Part shown: one piece after another, positions 1-7,967 of the stretch
Position numbering within the stretch: the first letter of the stretch is position 1
Layout: every line of letters begins with the position of its first letter
NCBI GenBank assembly: GCA_028696065.1
Contig: JAQVHT010000007.1
Span: 20,105-44,104, forward strand
Reading direction: 5' to 3'
Source: Clostridia bacterium
Lineage (GTDB): Bacteria; Bacillota; Clostridia; Caldicoprobacterales; DTU083
Length of the DNA: 24,000 nucleotides
Translations under genes and position numbers: made by a program
Notes under the pieces: model-generated
What the model saw: only the letters and a program-made list of their open reading frames with translations
What the model was told of the DNA's origin: nothing
Database searches by the model: none

Positions 1-587
1 GACTCTAATGCTGCAGCAAAAACAGCCCCTGTTAAAAACAAGAGTATGTTTAATAAATAGGCTAGCAAAGTTTGTTGTCTTTGTTCTTTTGTATAATTCA
101 GTCTCCTTGTTTTAATTTTTTTAATAGATGATTCAAGAGCGACTATCCCAATACCAGTATAGGAGAATAAGTAAATAAGAGTTTGGGGCATTAAGCAAAA
201 CAGGAAAAATAGAAAACCTGCAAATTCAAAGTTACTTATAATAAAGCTTATAGTAAAGCCTATATAAAAGCTTTTTATTCCAATCACAATGAATATAATT
301 GGTATTGTTACTGTAAAAAGACCTGATAAAAAAATAAGAGTAATGAACTGAATATTAAGCCAAATAGAATGGAAAAAAACCTTGCTTTTATTTAAGAAAG
401 GTGCAGTTTCATCTAATATAGAGTGCCTTAAATAGGAGTCTAATGCTAGTCTTTGACTATCATCTAGATTGCCCACTGTAAAAGAACCAGAAGTAATACC
501 AGTTATGATTGTAAATATAATTGCAAGATATAGCAGTGGGTTTTCTTTGATGTGGTGTCCGATCCTTCCCCTTAGGTCCCTTAACAA
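1..587 (-). CDS. spoIIM: Stage II sporulation protein M (SpoIIM), 3'-truncated by window edge
   Basis: Absent from the ORF track because it runs off position 1. My manual minus-strand translation from TTG at 587 gives LLRDLRGRIGHHIKENPLLYLAIIFTIITGITSGSFTVGNLDDSQRLALDSYL...GIKSFYIGFTISF...CLMPQTLIYLFSY... with no stop for 195 codons. The polytopic membrane layout and these motifs match my recollection of SpoIIM. A GAGGGGG Shine-Dalgarno lies 9 nt upstream, and a sigma-E-type promoter lies further upstream. Confidence 0.72.
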   Translation of the reverse strand, partial: MLRDLRGRIGHHIKENPLLYLAIIFTIITGITSGSFTVGNLDDSQRLALDSYLRHSILDETAPFLNKSKVFFHSIWLNIQFITLIFLSGLFTVTIPIIFIVIGIKSFYIGFTISFIISNFEFAGFLFFLFCLMPQTLIYLFSYTGIGIVALESSIKKIKTRRLNYTKEQRQQTLLAYLLNILLFLTGAVFAAALE

Positions 588-639
588 GCCATACAACCCC
601 CTCTATATCTTATGCTTGTTCAATTCATGCTTATAATGA

Positions 640-668
640 AATGTATGCTACTTGTTTACTTTTTATGA
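640..668 (-). promoter_or_regulatory. Sigma-E-type promoter upstream of spoIIM
   Basis: The minus strand reads TCATAAA (668..662), a 14-nt spacer, then CATACATT (647..640). This fits the B. subtilis sigma-E consensus (xxATAxx-N14-CATACAxT). spoIIM is sigma-E dependent in B. subtilis. Confidence 0.55.
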
Positions 669-722
669 CCTAAGCCTTTTACCTTTAATGACCTAAGCAG
701 TTACTAGCACTACAAAGCTATA

Positions 723-1805
723 TTAAAATAAGCTATAAGCCTTTTTACAAGAGGCACCAATAGTATAAAAAAAACATGGGTCTTCAAGATAGGTCCTTCC
801 CATAGTCGTTATATCTGGACAATGCTTTTTGATAACCTCAATAATGTCAGTTCCGTCATATATAGAGAGCTTGACAAAAGGTAAGGCTCCGGCCTCCCTT
901 AGTTGACTTATAAAGAATCTTTCACTTTTAGCGTCTAGGTATGGTAAGGTGAAAAAGACAGGCCTATCTAGCATTTCACTAACCATAGTTAATGAATGAT
1001 GACTAACACCATAATGTCTAACCCTCTTGTCAGCAAAGCTTATTCTTGGTACAAATACACATTTACCTCCATGTTTTGATACAAGGTTGATATAAAACGC
1101 TAGCTCTAGCGCAGAAAAGCCGTATTTGCTATTGGTCCCAATAATTCCAGGGCCCATTGAAATAATAATTATATCACTTAATAAAGATGCTGTTTGTAGA
1201 CTTGTATAGATATTTACACACTCAAAATCAGCTCCAAATGCATTTCCCGATGATATAGTACAATCAAGCAGGCCTTTTTCTCTTACAGTCTGTACATTCT
1301 TAGAAAACCACATAGGTAGTGCTCCATGGTCAGTCATAATATAGGATAATTTAAGCTGTTTATCTGATAACTCCTTTAAATAAGCGCATATTGGAGGCAG
1401 CATACTATGTAGTTCAGAAAAAATAACAACTTTTTCGCCAAGCATAAGTGGTTTGTTAAAACAGTTTAAATTCCTCTCTGTATCCTCCTCAATGAACTGT
1501 ACCTGCACCTGCATAGGTGTATATTTTAACTTCATCCCATGTCCCTTAGCACTAAAAGCAGTTTCTCGATTAGCCAGGTTTGCTATAACAAAGTGAAAGC
1601 CTCCAGTACCTAATGATAAAGTGGCTGCACTGGTATTTAGGTATACAAAATCGCCTATCTTTATCTGACCTGTCATGTAATTATAGTTTATTGCCTTTTC
1701 AGCTTTATGATTAATATCAACTAATACTATAGATATGGCACTATTTTCATCTAGTATGCGGATTACCTTTCCGCTTTTTATTTCTATCATGGAGCAAGTA
1801 ATCAA
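723..1805 (-). CDS. Conserved protein of unknown function, DUF3866-like (360 aa)
   Basis: Intact 360-aa ORF, 4-nt overlap with the upstream gene, no TM segments. Length and general sequence character match my recollection of the DUF3866 family. The family assignment is from memory only. Confidence 0.45.
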   Translation of the reverse strand: MITCSMIEIKSGKVIRILDENSAISIVLVDINHKAEKAINYNYMTGQIKIGDFVYLNTSAATLSLGTGGFHFVIANLANRETAFSAKGHGMKLKYTPMQVQVQFIEEDTERNLNCFNKPLMLGEKVVIFSELHSMLPPICAYLKELSDKQLKLSYIMTDHGALPMWFSKNVQTVREKGLLDCTISSGNAFGADFECVNIYTSLQTASLLSDIIIISMGPGIIGTNSKYGFSALELAFYINLVSKHGGKCVFVPRISFADKRVRHYGVSHHSLTMVSEMLDRPVFFTLPYLDAKSERFFISQLREAGALPFVKLSIYDGTDIIEVIKKHCPDITTMGRTYLEDPCFFYTIGASCKKAYSLF

Positions 1806-2623
1806 TCCCTTCTACCTAGCCTATCAATTAATCTTAAGGATGGTAACCTGTCAATAATCTTAGAAATCGAATAACACTCTGCAAAAATGTGTATTAGTAT
1901 TTGAACTATAGCTAAAAAACCTTTTGCAGATAGTGGTAAATTCATCACTGTATAAAAGCCTAGACTAGCCCCTAGCAGGTTTGCGCCTGTGTCACCTAAC
2001 ATATAAAGCTCTTTCATTTCACCACCTATATATAAAATGAGGCTAACATAAATAGACAAAAACATTAAAGGTTCATGAAATTTTGCCATTAGTAAAAGTA
2101 AGGCTGAAGATAGAAAATAGGTCTTTATAGCCCTGCCTGGCCTTAGATCTAGGAGGTTTATATAGTTAACCGATAGACTAAAGACCAAGATATCAATAAA
2201 GAGTTCAATGAGCTTTGTATATTTAAAAAGGCTAACCATCATTCCTACTACAAGTCCTAATATAGCCTTAATTATCCCTGTTGAGAGCTGACCCTTAAAT
2301 AGTGCTTTTAGATGGCCAGCAAGCCCCTTTGTTGATACTTGTCCTAGGCTATCGTCTAGTAATCCAGTTAAAGCTAATATAATAAGGACAAGACAATAAA
2401 GTATATATATGAGTTTCTTGTTTAGCAAGAAAATGAATATTAGGCCAACCAGGCATGGTAATAGCAGTACAAAGCCAGCTCCATTTATCAGGTTTTTACC
2501 TCGATAGTTACTACTAAAAAGCCCTATACTAGTTAGGAAACTAAGTAGAGTTTTTTTACTCAATTTATAGGTTAAAGATACCAGCAAAATTAATAACAGG
2601 TACAAGGACATAGTTTTCATCAA
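1802..2623 (-). CDS. Divergent MraY/WecA-like (GT4 family) polytopic membrane protein
   Basis: 273 aa and strongly hydrophobic throughout. It carries LLDD, NYINLLDLRPGRA (in place of the canonical NxxNxxDGxDGL) and MLGDTGANLLG motifs, which resemble polyprenyl-phosphate sugar-phosphate transferases. Confidence 0.55.
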   Translation of the reverse strand: MMKTMSLYLLLILLVSLTYKLSKKTLLSFLTSIGLFSSNYRGKNLINGAGFVLLLPCLVGLIFIFLLNKKLIYILYCLVLIILALTGLLDDSLGQVSTKGLAGHLKALFKGQLSTGIIKAILGLVVGMMVSLFKYTKLIELFIDILVFSLSVNYINLLDLRPGRAIKTYFLSSALLLLMAKFHEPLMFLSIYVSLILYIGGEMKELYMLGDTGANLLGASLGFYTVMNLPLSAKGFLAIVQILIHIFAECYSISKIIDRLPSLRLIDRLGRRD

Positions 2624-2645
2624 ATAGTCTCCAAGTTTACATTAT

Positions 2646-3350
2646 TCAAAGTAGGCCAAATCTTTTTTGTATCATTTTAGATATAATGACCTTAGAAATA
2701 TCTTTAAATTGCTTACCCCTATGTAAAAATCCATAAAAGTCTCTGTATGTCACCCGATGTTCCATATCAAGCTCTATTTCTAATAACCTAGCCCCTGTTT
2801 TAAGTAAATCTACTGTCATGCCAAACTCTATACCAAATCCTGAATAATTAAAGTATTCTATTGATAGTATGCTTCGTTTAAAGGCTCTTTGGCCAGAAAG
2901 GACTGCCTTGATAGATCTACCTGTTAGAGCCTTAAGTCCCCAGTCAGCAAGTTTTCTTACAAGGCCAAAACCTCCTTTAATTGATGATTTATTAAATGCT
3001 GCAATCGCTACGTCAGCTTTATTGTAGCAAACTGGTCTACAAAGCTTTATAACTTCATTTGCACTTGAACCAAGGTCAGCATCTAGAAAGACTATAACAG
3101 GCGTTTTAGCTAATTCGAAGCCCTTTCTCATAGCGTATGCTTTACCTTGATTACTTTCGATTTTATAAAGGTTTACTCCTAAGCTTTTTGTTACTATTGA
3201 TGTATTATCTGTAGAACCATCATCTACTACTAGTATTGAGTCTATCTCTTTTAATGTTTTTAAAGATTTAAGTGTACTACCTATAGTTTTTTCCTCGTTA
3301 TAGGCCGGAATTATAATTGTAATTTCTAGCTTGTTAATACTCAGTTCCAT
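2646..3350 (-). CDS. Family 2 glycosyltransferase (polyprenol-phosphate glycosyltransferase-like)
   Basis: N-terminal IIIPAYNEEKTI, VVDDGSTDNT and FLDADL (DxD) motifs are typical of the GT-A fold GT2 family. 234 aa. Confidence 0.8.
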   Translation of the reverse strand: MELSINKLEITIIIPAYNEEKTIGSTLKSLKTLKEIDSILVVDDGSTDNTSIVTKSLGVNLYKIESNQGKAYAMRKGFELAKTPVIVFLDADLGSSANEVIKLCRPVCYNKADVAIAAFNKSSIKGGFGLVRKLADWGLKALTGRSIKAVLSGQRAFKRSILSIEYFNYSGFGIEFGMTVDLLKTGARLLEIELDMEHRVTYRDFYGFLHRGKQFKDISKVIISKMIQKRFGLL

Positions 3351-3362
3351 ATCCTCCGCTTA

Positions 3363-4247
3363 CTAGTCTGGTGTTTGGCTGCTATAGCTGGTCTCATCTT
3401 GTGTAACAAAGAGTCTTTCTGGTACTAATTCACTAGAATGTGGACCAGTCCCAAAATTGCCCTTGTTCCCCATCATAACTGAAACAAAGGCCATCCTTCC
3501 GTAAATAGTGTTTATATTATCAATTGTAGATATACCATAAGCTACATAATCCTCTATTGCACTATCTGCTATGCTATTTGATTCAACTAGGACTACATCT
3601 AAGCCAGTATTTTTGAGACTTTTTATTAAGATTGAGTCATGTTTAGAAGTAGTTTTACCTCCCCCTACAATTACCACTTTATCAACTGGGGATTCAAAAT
3701 TCAGTTCATTTTTCAGTACACCTAGCTCCTCCATTTCTGCAATTAAGGCTGTGTTTCCACCATAGTACAAGGAATATACTAAGTCCTCAATAACATAGTG
3801 GATTAAATCAAATCCATTTTCACTTGCATTTTCTGCTTTATCATAGAAAATACCAGTATAGCTACTTAAAGAAAATACTACACTTGTTTTTATAAAGGCT
3901 CCTGTATGTTCTAGTAGTTGCTTCACATATTCAATATCTAGTTCTTCATCAAAGCACACTAGGCCGACACTTGTACCTAATAATTGATTGTAGGAAACTT
4001 CTGTAACAAGTTTGTCAAAAACATCATATAAGACCTTGTTTTCTAATTCCATGGTCTTGATACTATCTTTTAAGCTCTCAGTCTCTGATCTATACAGTAA
4101 AATATTATCCTCTATTTGCTTTATCAAGGATGCCTGTTGGTCTTCGATAATATTTTTATTCTCAAGTGCAACACCTATCATTATTCCTAATCCTAATGCT
4201 AGGAAGATTGATACTATCAGATATATATAGTACTTTGAGTTAAACAT
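3363..4247 (-). CDS. MctB-like ('copper transporter' family) membrane-anchored protein
   Basis: Single N-terminal TM (YIYLIVSIFLALGLGIMIGVAL), then a coiled-coil-like segment and an alpha/beta domain. This architecture and N-terminus resemble the actinobacterial MctB family. The ORF track starts at GTG 4256. ATG at 4247, preceded by GGTGG, is the more likely start. Confidence 0.55.
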   Translation of the reverse strand: MFNSKYYIYLIVSIFLALGLGIMIGVALENKNIIEDQQASLIKQIEDNILLYRSETESLKDSIKTMELENKVLYDVFDKLVTEVSYNQLLGTSVGLVCFDEELDIEYVKQLLEHTGAFIKTSVVFSLSSYTGIFYDKAENASENGFDLIHYVIEDLVYSLYYGGNTALIAEMEELGVLKNELNFESPVDKVVIVGGGKTTSKHDSILIKSLKNTGLDVVLVESNSIADSAIEDYVAYGISTIDNINTIYGRMAFVSVMMGNKGNFGTGPHSSELVPERLFVTQDETSYSSQTPD

Positions 4248-4256
4248 ATACTCCAC

Positions 4257-5378
4257 CTATAGGCCAAAAATTAGCCTCAGCTTTAAGGCTATTAGTTGAT
4301 ATATTTTTTGTATCAGTGGTGACATTTTGGCTACTAGGGTTATAGGGAACAAGGCAGCTAAAAATAAAGCTATTAAGTGACTTGCCTTAATCCTGTTTTG
4401 ATATAGTTCGCTTACACCCTTTGCATTTACTATCTTGCTACCTACCTTCATCTGTACTAGAATAGTGCTAGCCATCCCCTTTCTACCTTTCTCCAAGAAA
4501 TCTATCATGCTGGTATGGCTACCTAAGGTAACTATAAGGTCAGCCTCACTTTCGTATGCTAACAGTAATGCAATATCCTCACTTGTACCTGGAAATGATA
4601 GCTTTTTTGCATTAAGACCTAAGTTATGTATCCGTTTAAGTCCAGGACAAGTACCATTAGGATAAGCATGTACTATAATTTCCTTACAAAGTCTAAGCGA
4701 CTTATCACTAACTGAATCCATGTCACCTACTATAATATCTGGTCTATAGCCAAACTCTAAAATAGCATCCGCTCCGCCATCTACTCCAATTACTACTGGC
4801 CTAACTTCTCTTAAATATGACTTTATAGCATTTAAGTCGCTCTTATAATTGCTACCTCTTGTAACTACTAGGACATGACGCCCCTTTATTTCTAGATTGA
4901 TTTTGGGTATTGGGAGCTTTCCTAATATATAATCCTTTTCCTTTGTGGCATATTCTAATGTATTATCAATAAAGTCGTTTAGGAGTTTGTCTAGGTTTTG
5001 CTTTGCCCTATTTGTTAACCTATCAATGCTTTCCCTTGTTAAAAATTGAATTTTCCCTAGTTGCCTTTTATTTATGTATAAAGTATCACTTTCTATTTCG
5101 ATTAAGTCGTTCTCCTTTATTTGCAGGAACCGTTCCTTTCCTATATTGTTAATAAGGGTTATTCCTGCATCAGAAAGCAGTTTTGGTCCCTTGTTAGGGT
5201 AATATCCATTTATAAATTCTGAACAGTTTATAACAGCACGTACCCTTTTTTCTATTAACTGATTAGCTGCAAGTTCATCAATATTTTCATGGTTTATTAC
5301 TGCTATGTCATTTTGCTTTAGCCGTCGTATCAAATTTTTTGTCTTGCTATCCTTCTTTGCATATCCCTTAATATACAT
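4257..5378 (-). CDS. steA: SteA-like protein (thiamine pyrophosphokinase-like domain, C-terminal TM)
   Basis: From M34 of the track ORF: MYIKGYAKKDSKTKNLIRRLKQNDIAVINHENIDELAANQLIE..., a GDMDS motif and a hydrophobic C-terminus. These resemble actinobacterial putative cytokinetic ring protein SteA. AGGAG lies 7 nt upstream of ATG 5378. The 33-aa N-terminal extension in the track has no SD. Confidence 0.6.
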   Translation of the reverse strand: MYIKGYAKKDSKTKNLIRRLKQNDIAVINHENIDELAANQLIEKRVRAVINCSEFINGYYPNKGPKLLSDAGITLINNIGKERFLQIKENDLIEIESDTLYINKRQLGKIQFLTRESIDRLTNRAKQNLDKLLNDFIDNTLEYATKEKDYILGKLPIPKINLEIKGRHVLVVTRGSNYKSDLNAIKSYLREVRPVVIGVDGGADAILEFGYRPDIIVGDMDSVSDKSLRLCKEIIVHAYPNGTCPGLKRIHNLGLNAKKLSFPGTSEDIALLLAYESEADLIVTLGSHTSMIDFLEKGRKGMASTILVQMKVGSKIVNAKGVSELYQNRIKASHLIALFLAALFPITLVAKMSPLIQKIYQLIALKLRLIFGL

Positions 5379-5436
5379 TTGCTGACTCCTGTTTTTTCCC
5401 TTGCCTCTTATACATAGTTTTACATATAATTTTCCT

Positions 5437-5465
5437 TTTATACATGGTATAGGTGCAAAGGCTAA
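5437..5465 (-). promoter_or_regulatory. Possible sigma-A promoter for the steA-like cluster
   Basis: The minus strand reads TTAGCC (5465..5460), a 17-nt spacer, then TATAAA (5442..5437). The -35 is weak, and this is pattern match only. Confidence 0.3.
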
Positions 5466-5513
5466 CTCACTATGCAAAAGCTCTGTTGCCTATTATGATA
5501 CTATTATAAATAT

Positions 5514-5537
5514 AAAAAAACTGCCCTAGAGCAGTTC
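5514..5537 (-). terminator. Weak second intrinsic terminator downstream of spo0A
   Basis: The minus-strand RNA reads AACUGC-UCUAGG-GCAGUU followed by UUUUUUA. The stem is only 6 bp. Confidence 0.4.
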
Positions 5538-5592
5538 CTTCAAAATACTATTAGTTTATATAAGTCGATTATGTAATAAAACCTGTTAAAAC

Positions 5593-5617
5593 AAAAAGTA
5601 GCTCTTGGCTACTTTTT
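5593..5617 (-). terminator. Intrinsic terminator of spo0A
   Basis: AAAAAGUAGC-loop-GCUACUUUUU hairpin 11 nt after the spo0A stop, followed on the minus strand by GUUUU. Confidence 0.7.
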
Positions 5618-5627
5618 AATCTAGATA

Positions 5628-6422
5628 TTAATTTTGTGATTGAATTCGGATTTTATCTGCAACCATGGCAATAAACTCACTATTTGTAGGCTTTCCTTTG
5701 TCATCTTGTATCGTGTAACCAAATAGACTGTTTATAGTATCAACCCTGCCCCTACTCCAGGCTACCTCTATTGCATGCCTTATTGCCCTCTCTACCCTAC
5801 TCGGTGTAGTATTGAACCTATCTGCTATACCAGGGTAGAGTTTTTTTGTAATCCCACTTAGGTAGTCCATATTATTTACTACCATATTAATGGCTTCTCT
5901 AAGGTATTGGTAGCCCTTAATATGGGCTGGTACACCAATTTCATGCATTATATTGGTAATCTCCAGATCAAGGGATTTGGGCCTTTCTGCTTCTATCCTA
6001 CTTGAATAAGGGTTAGTTGGGTTTTGCTTTATGGGCTCATACTCTGATCTTGCTAGTTCTCTAATGCGTTGAACAAAAACTTTTAAATCAAAGGGTTTAA
6101 CTATAAAATAATCTGCTCCTAATGACATTGCTTTTTGGGTGATTTTGTCTTGACCCACAGCAGATAAGACTATAACCTTTGGTGAATGGTCTGTCTCACC
6201 TGCTTTAAGCATCTCAAGAACTCCTATCCCATCAAGATGAGGCATTATAATATCCAAGATAATGACATCAGGCTTATACTTGTTTATATACTTTATTGCC
6301 TTATTTCCATCATTTACAACACCTACAATATCGATATCTGCTTGATCTTGTAAATACTCGTATATAATTTCACAAAAATCCTTGTTGTCATCAGCTACCA
6401 AAACACTAATTTTATCAGTCAT
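5628..6422 (-). CDS. spo0A: Sporulation master response regulator Spo0A
   Basis: Receiver domain (VLVADDN...[17 protein letters not shown]) plus the Spo0A-specific C-terminal DNA-binding domain ([19 protein letters not shown]). The likely start is ATG 6422 (MTDKISVLV), with AGGGGG 8 nt upstream. The track start at 6449 is an upstream GTG. Confidence 0.95.
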   Translation of the reverse strand: MTDKISVLVADDNKDFCEIIYEYLQDQADIDIVGVVNDGNKAIKYINKYKPDVIILDIIMPHLDGIGVLEMLKAGETDHSPKVIVLSAVGQDKITQKAMSLGADYFIVKPFDLKVFVQRIRELARSEYEPIKQNPTNPYSSRIEAERPKSLDLEITNIMHEIGVPAHIKGYQYLREAINMVVNNMDYLSGITKKLYPGIADRFNTTPSRVERAIRHAIEVAWSRGRVDTINSLFGYTIQDDKGKPTNSEFIAMVADKIRIQSQN

Positions 6423-6470
6423 TATTGAACCCCCTACAAACAATCCCACTTTTTACTATCTGTAAATTAT

Positions 6471-6495
6471 ATTCGACAATCCTAGAATTATTCCT
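6471..6495 (-). promoter_or_regulatory. Sigma-H-type promoter with an overlapping perfect 0A box upstream of spo0A
   Basis: The minus strand reads AGGAATA (6495..6489) and GAAT (6474..6471), offset 21 nt as in the sigma-H consensus RnAGGAwww-N11-12-RnnGAAT. TGTCGAA (6478..6472) is an exact Spo0A-box consensus overlapping the -10. Confidence 0.6.
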
Positions 6496-6531
6496 GCTTA
6501 TATATAAATTTGGATAGCTAATTGTATAAAA

Positions 6532-7830
6532 TTAGTTCATAATTGTATTAGCTTCGTTAAGCATCCATTCTATAAATATACCATATCCTTTCTTAGGGTC
6601 ATTTACAAAGACGTGGGTGACAGCCCCTACAAGTTTATTATCCTGAATTATTGGACTCCCACTCATCCCTTGAAGAATCCCGCCCGTTTTCTCTAGTAGC
6701 TCAGGATCAGTTATTTCTATTACTATACCTTTTCCGTTAGGCTTAGATTGTCTATTAACTTTTAAAATCTTAATATCGTACTCCTTTACTCCTCCTGAAT
6801 CTGTGGTAGTTAGTATAGTTGCATCACCTGGGAATATGTTATATTGGTATGCTATCGATATTGGTTCTGTTGAAATAGTATTCAAATAATTTGGCCTTAC
6901 TGAACCATATATACCATACCTTGTGTTCTTAACTATATCTCCTAAAACTAATCTATTATTGCTAAAGCTACCTACAAGCTCACCTGGCTTTCCCTTTCTA
7001 CCAACCTTTACATCAATAATGCTTGATTCTATTATTTGTCCATCCTTTATTGGTATCAATGAACCAGTGTCTACGTCGGTTATTGAGTGACCAAGTGCTC
7101 CAAACTTACCACTTGATGGGTCAATAAAGGTAAGTGTACCAACTCCAGCACTAGAATCTCTAACCCATATACCTAGCTTATATTCTTTACTATTACTATC
7201 TAGGATGGGCTTTATATGCGTTTTGTGGTAGGTGTCTCCCCTCCTGTATTTTAACTCTGTGTTTGCTCCCTTTACCTTGTTTACTAGTTTTGATAGGTGT
7301 CCAGCATTTTTAACCTCTATACCATTTACCTGTTCAATTATATCTCCTGGTGCAATACCAGCATCCATAGCTGGGTAATGTATAACATTCTCATTATCTA
7401 AAACTTCACTAGTCCCAACAATTAAAACGCCCTTAGTTGTTAAACTAACCCCTATTGAACTGCCACCTGGAATCAAGGTTTTTTCAGGATGTACATTAAC
7501 CTTCATATGTTTTATTGGAATTAGACCAAAAAGTTTAAAGCTTAAGGATGTAGTCCCCTGTTGTATGGATTCTACCGCAATTGGGTCTTTCATATTATAA
7601 ACAGTTTGCTCATTTAAAAGGTTTCCATTAAATTTAAGTGTATTCTTATTATCGCCTTCTATCTTGACTAAAAAGGGTATGGAAAAGTCCAGTTTTTGTA
7701 TATCACCCTCTAACAACTGTATCTCTTCTGGATATTTCTTAATACCTTGTACAATAGGTGAATAATTAAATATAAGAAATGATATAGCTAATATTATACC
7801 TATAAACTTCTTAAGTTGCTTTTTTTTCAT
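6532..7830 (-). CDS. spoIVB: SpoIVB signalling serine peptidase (S55)
   Basis: N-terminal signal/TM segment, a PDZ region (GIAPGDIIEQVNGIEV), then an S55 peptidase domain (GTLTFIDPSSGKFGALGHSI...GMSGSPI). The likely start is ATG 7830, with GGGAG 8 nt upstream. Confidence 0.92.
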   Translation of the reverse strand: MKKKQLKKFIGIILAISFLIFNYSPIVQGIKKYPEEIQLLEGDIQKLDFSIPFLVKIEGDNKNTLKFNGNLLNEQTVYNMKDPIAVESIQQGTTSLSFKLFGLIPIKHMKVNVHPEKTLIPGGSSIGVSLTTKGVLIVGTSEVLDNENVIHYPAMDAGIAPGDIIEQVNGIEVKNAGHLSKLVNKVKGANTELKYRRGDTYHKTHIKPILDSNSKEYKLGIWVRDSSAGVGTLTFIDPSSGKFGALGHSITDVDTGSLIPIKDGQIIESSIIDVKVGRKGKPGELVGSFSNNRLVLGDIVKNTRYGIYGSVRPNYLNTISTEPISIAYQYNIFPGDATILTTTDSGGVKEYDIKILKVNRQSKPNGKGIVIEITDPELLEKTGGILQGMSGSPIIQDNKLVGAVTHVFVNDPKKGYGIFIEWMLNEANTIMN

Positions 7831-7934
7831 CTTATTCGCTCCCACATGTCATTTGTTAAAAGTCTAGTAGCACTAATATTTAACTTAACCTTTTGAGGGG
7901 GAAATATACGAATAAGATGCTTCAAAAATAGAAT

Positions 7935-7958
7935 AAAAAAAAGGGTCAATACCCTTTT
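7935..7958 (-). terminator. Intrinsic terminator after recN
   Basis: The minus-strand RNA reads AAAAGGGU-AUUG-ACCCUUUU followed by UUUUAUU, starting 10 nt after the recN stop. Confidence 0.55.
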
Positions 7959-7967
7959 ATTAAACTG

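Noticed and set aside
5379-5477. N-terminal extensions in the ORF track: steA-like +33 aa, spo0A +9 aa (6423-6449), xseB +9 aa (16149-16175), tlyA +15 aa (11854-11898), spoIVB +5 aa (7831-7845).
   Set aside because: The downstream ATGs have good SD sequences at proper spacing and match the expected family N-termini. The extensions lack an SD and have atypical composition.
7846-7934. Forespore (sigma-F or sigma-G) promoter for spoIVB.
   Set aside because: Candidate matches (for example GTATA-N17-TAAGTTA) fit the GnATR / CAnnnTA consensus poorly. I cannot place the promoter with confidence from sequence alone.
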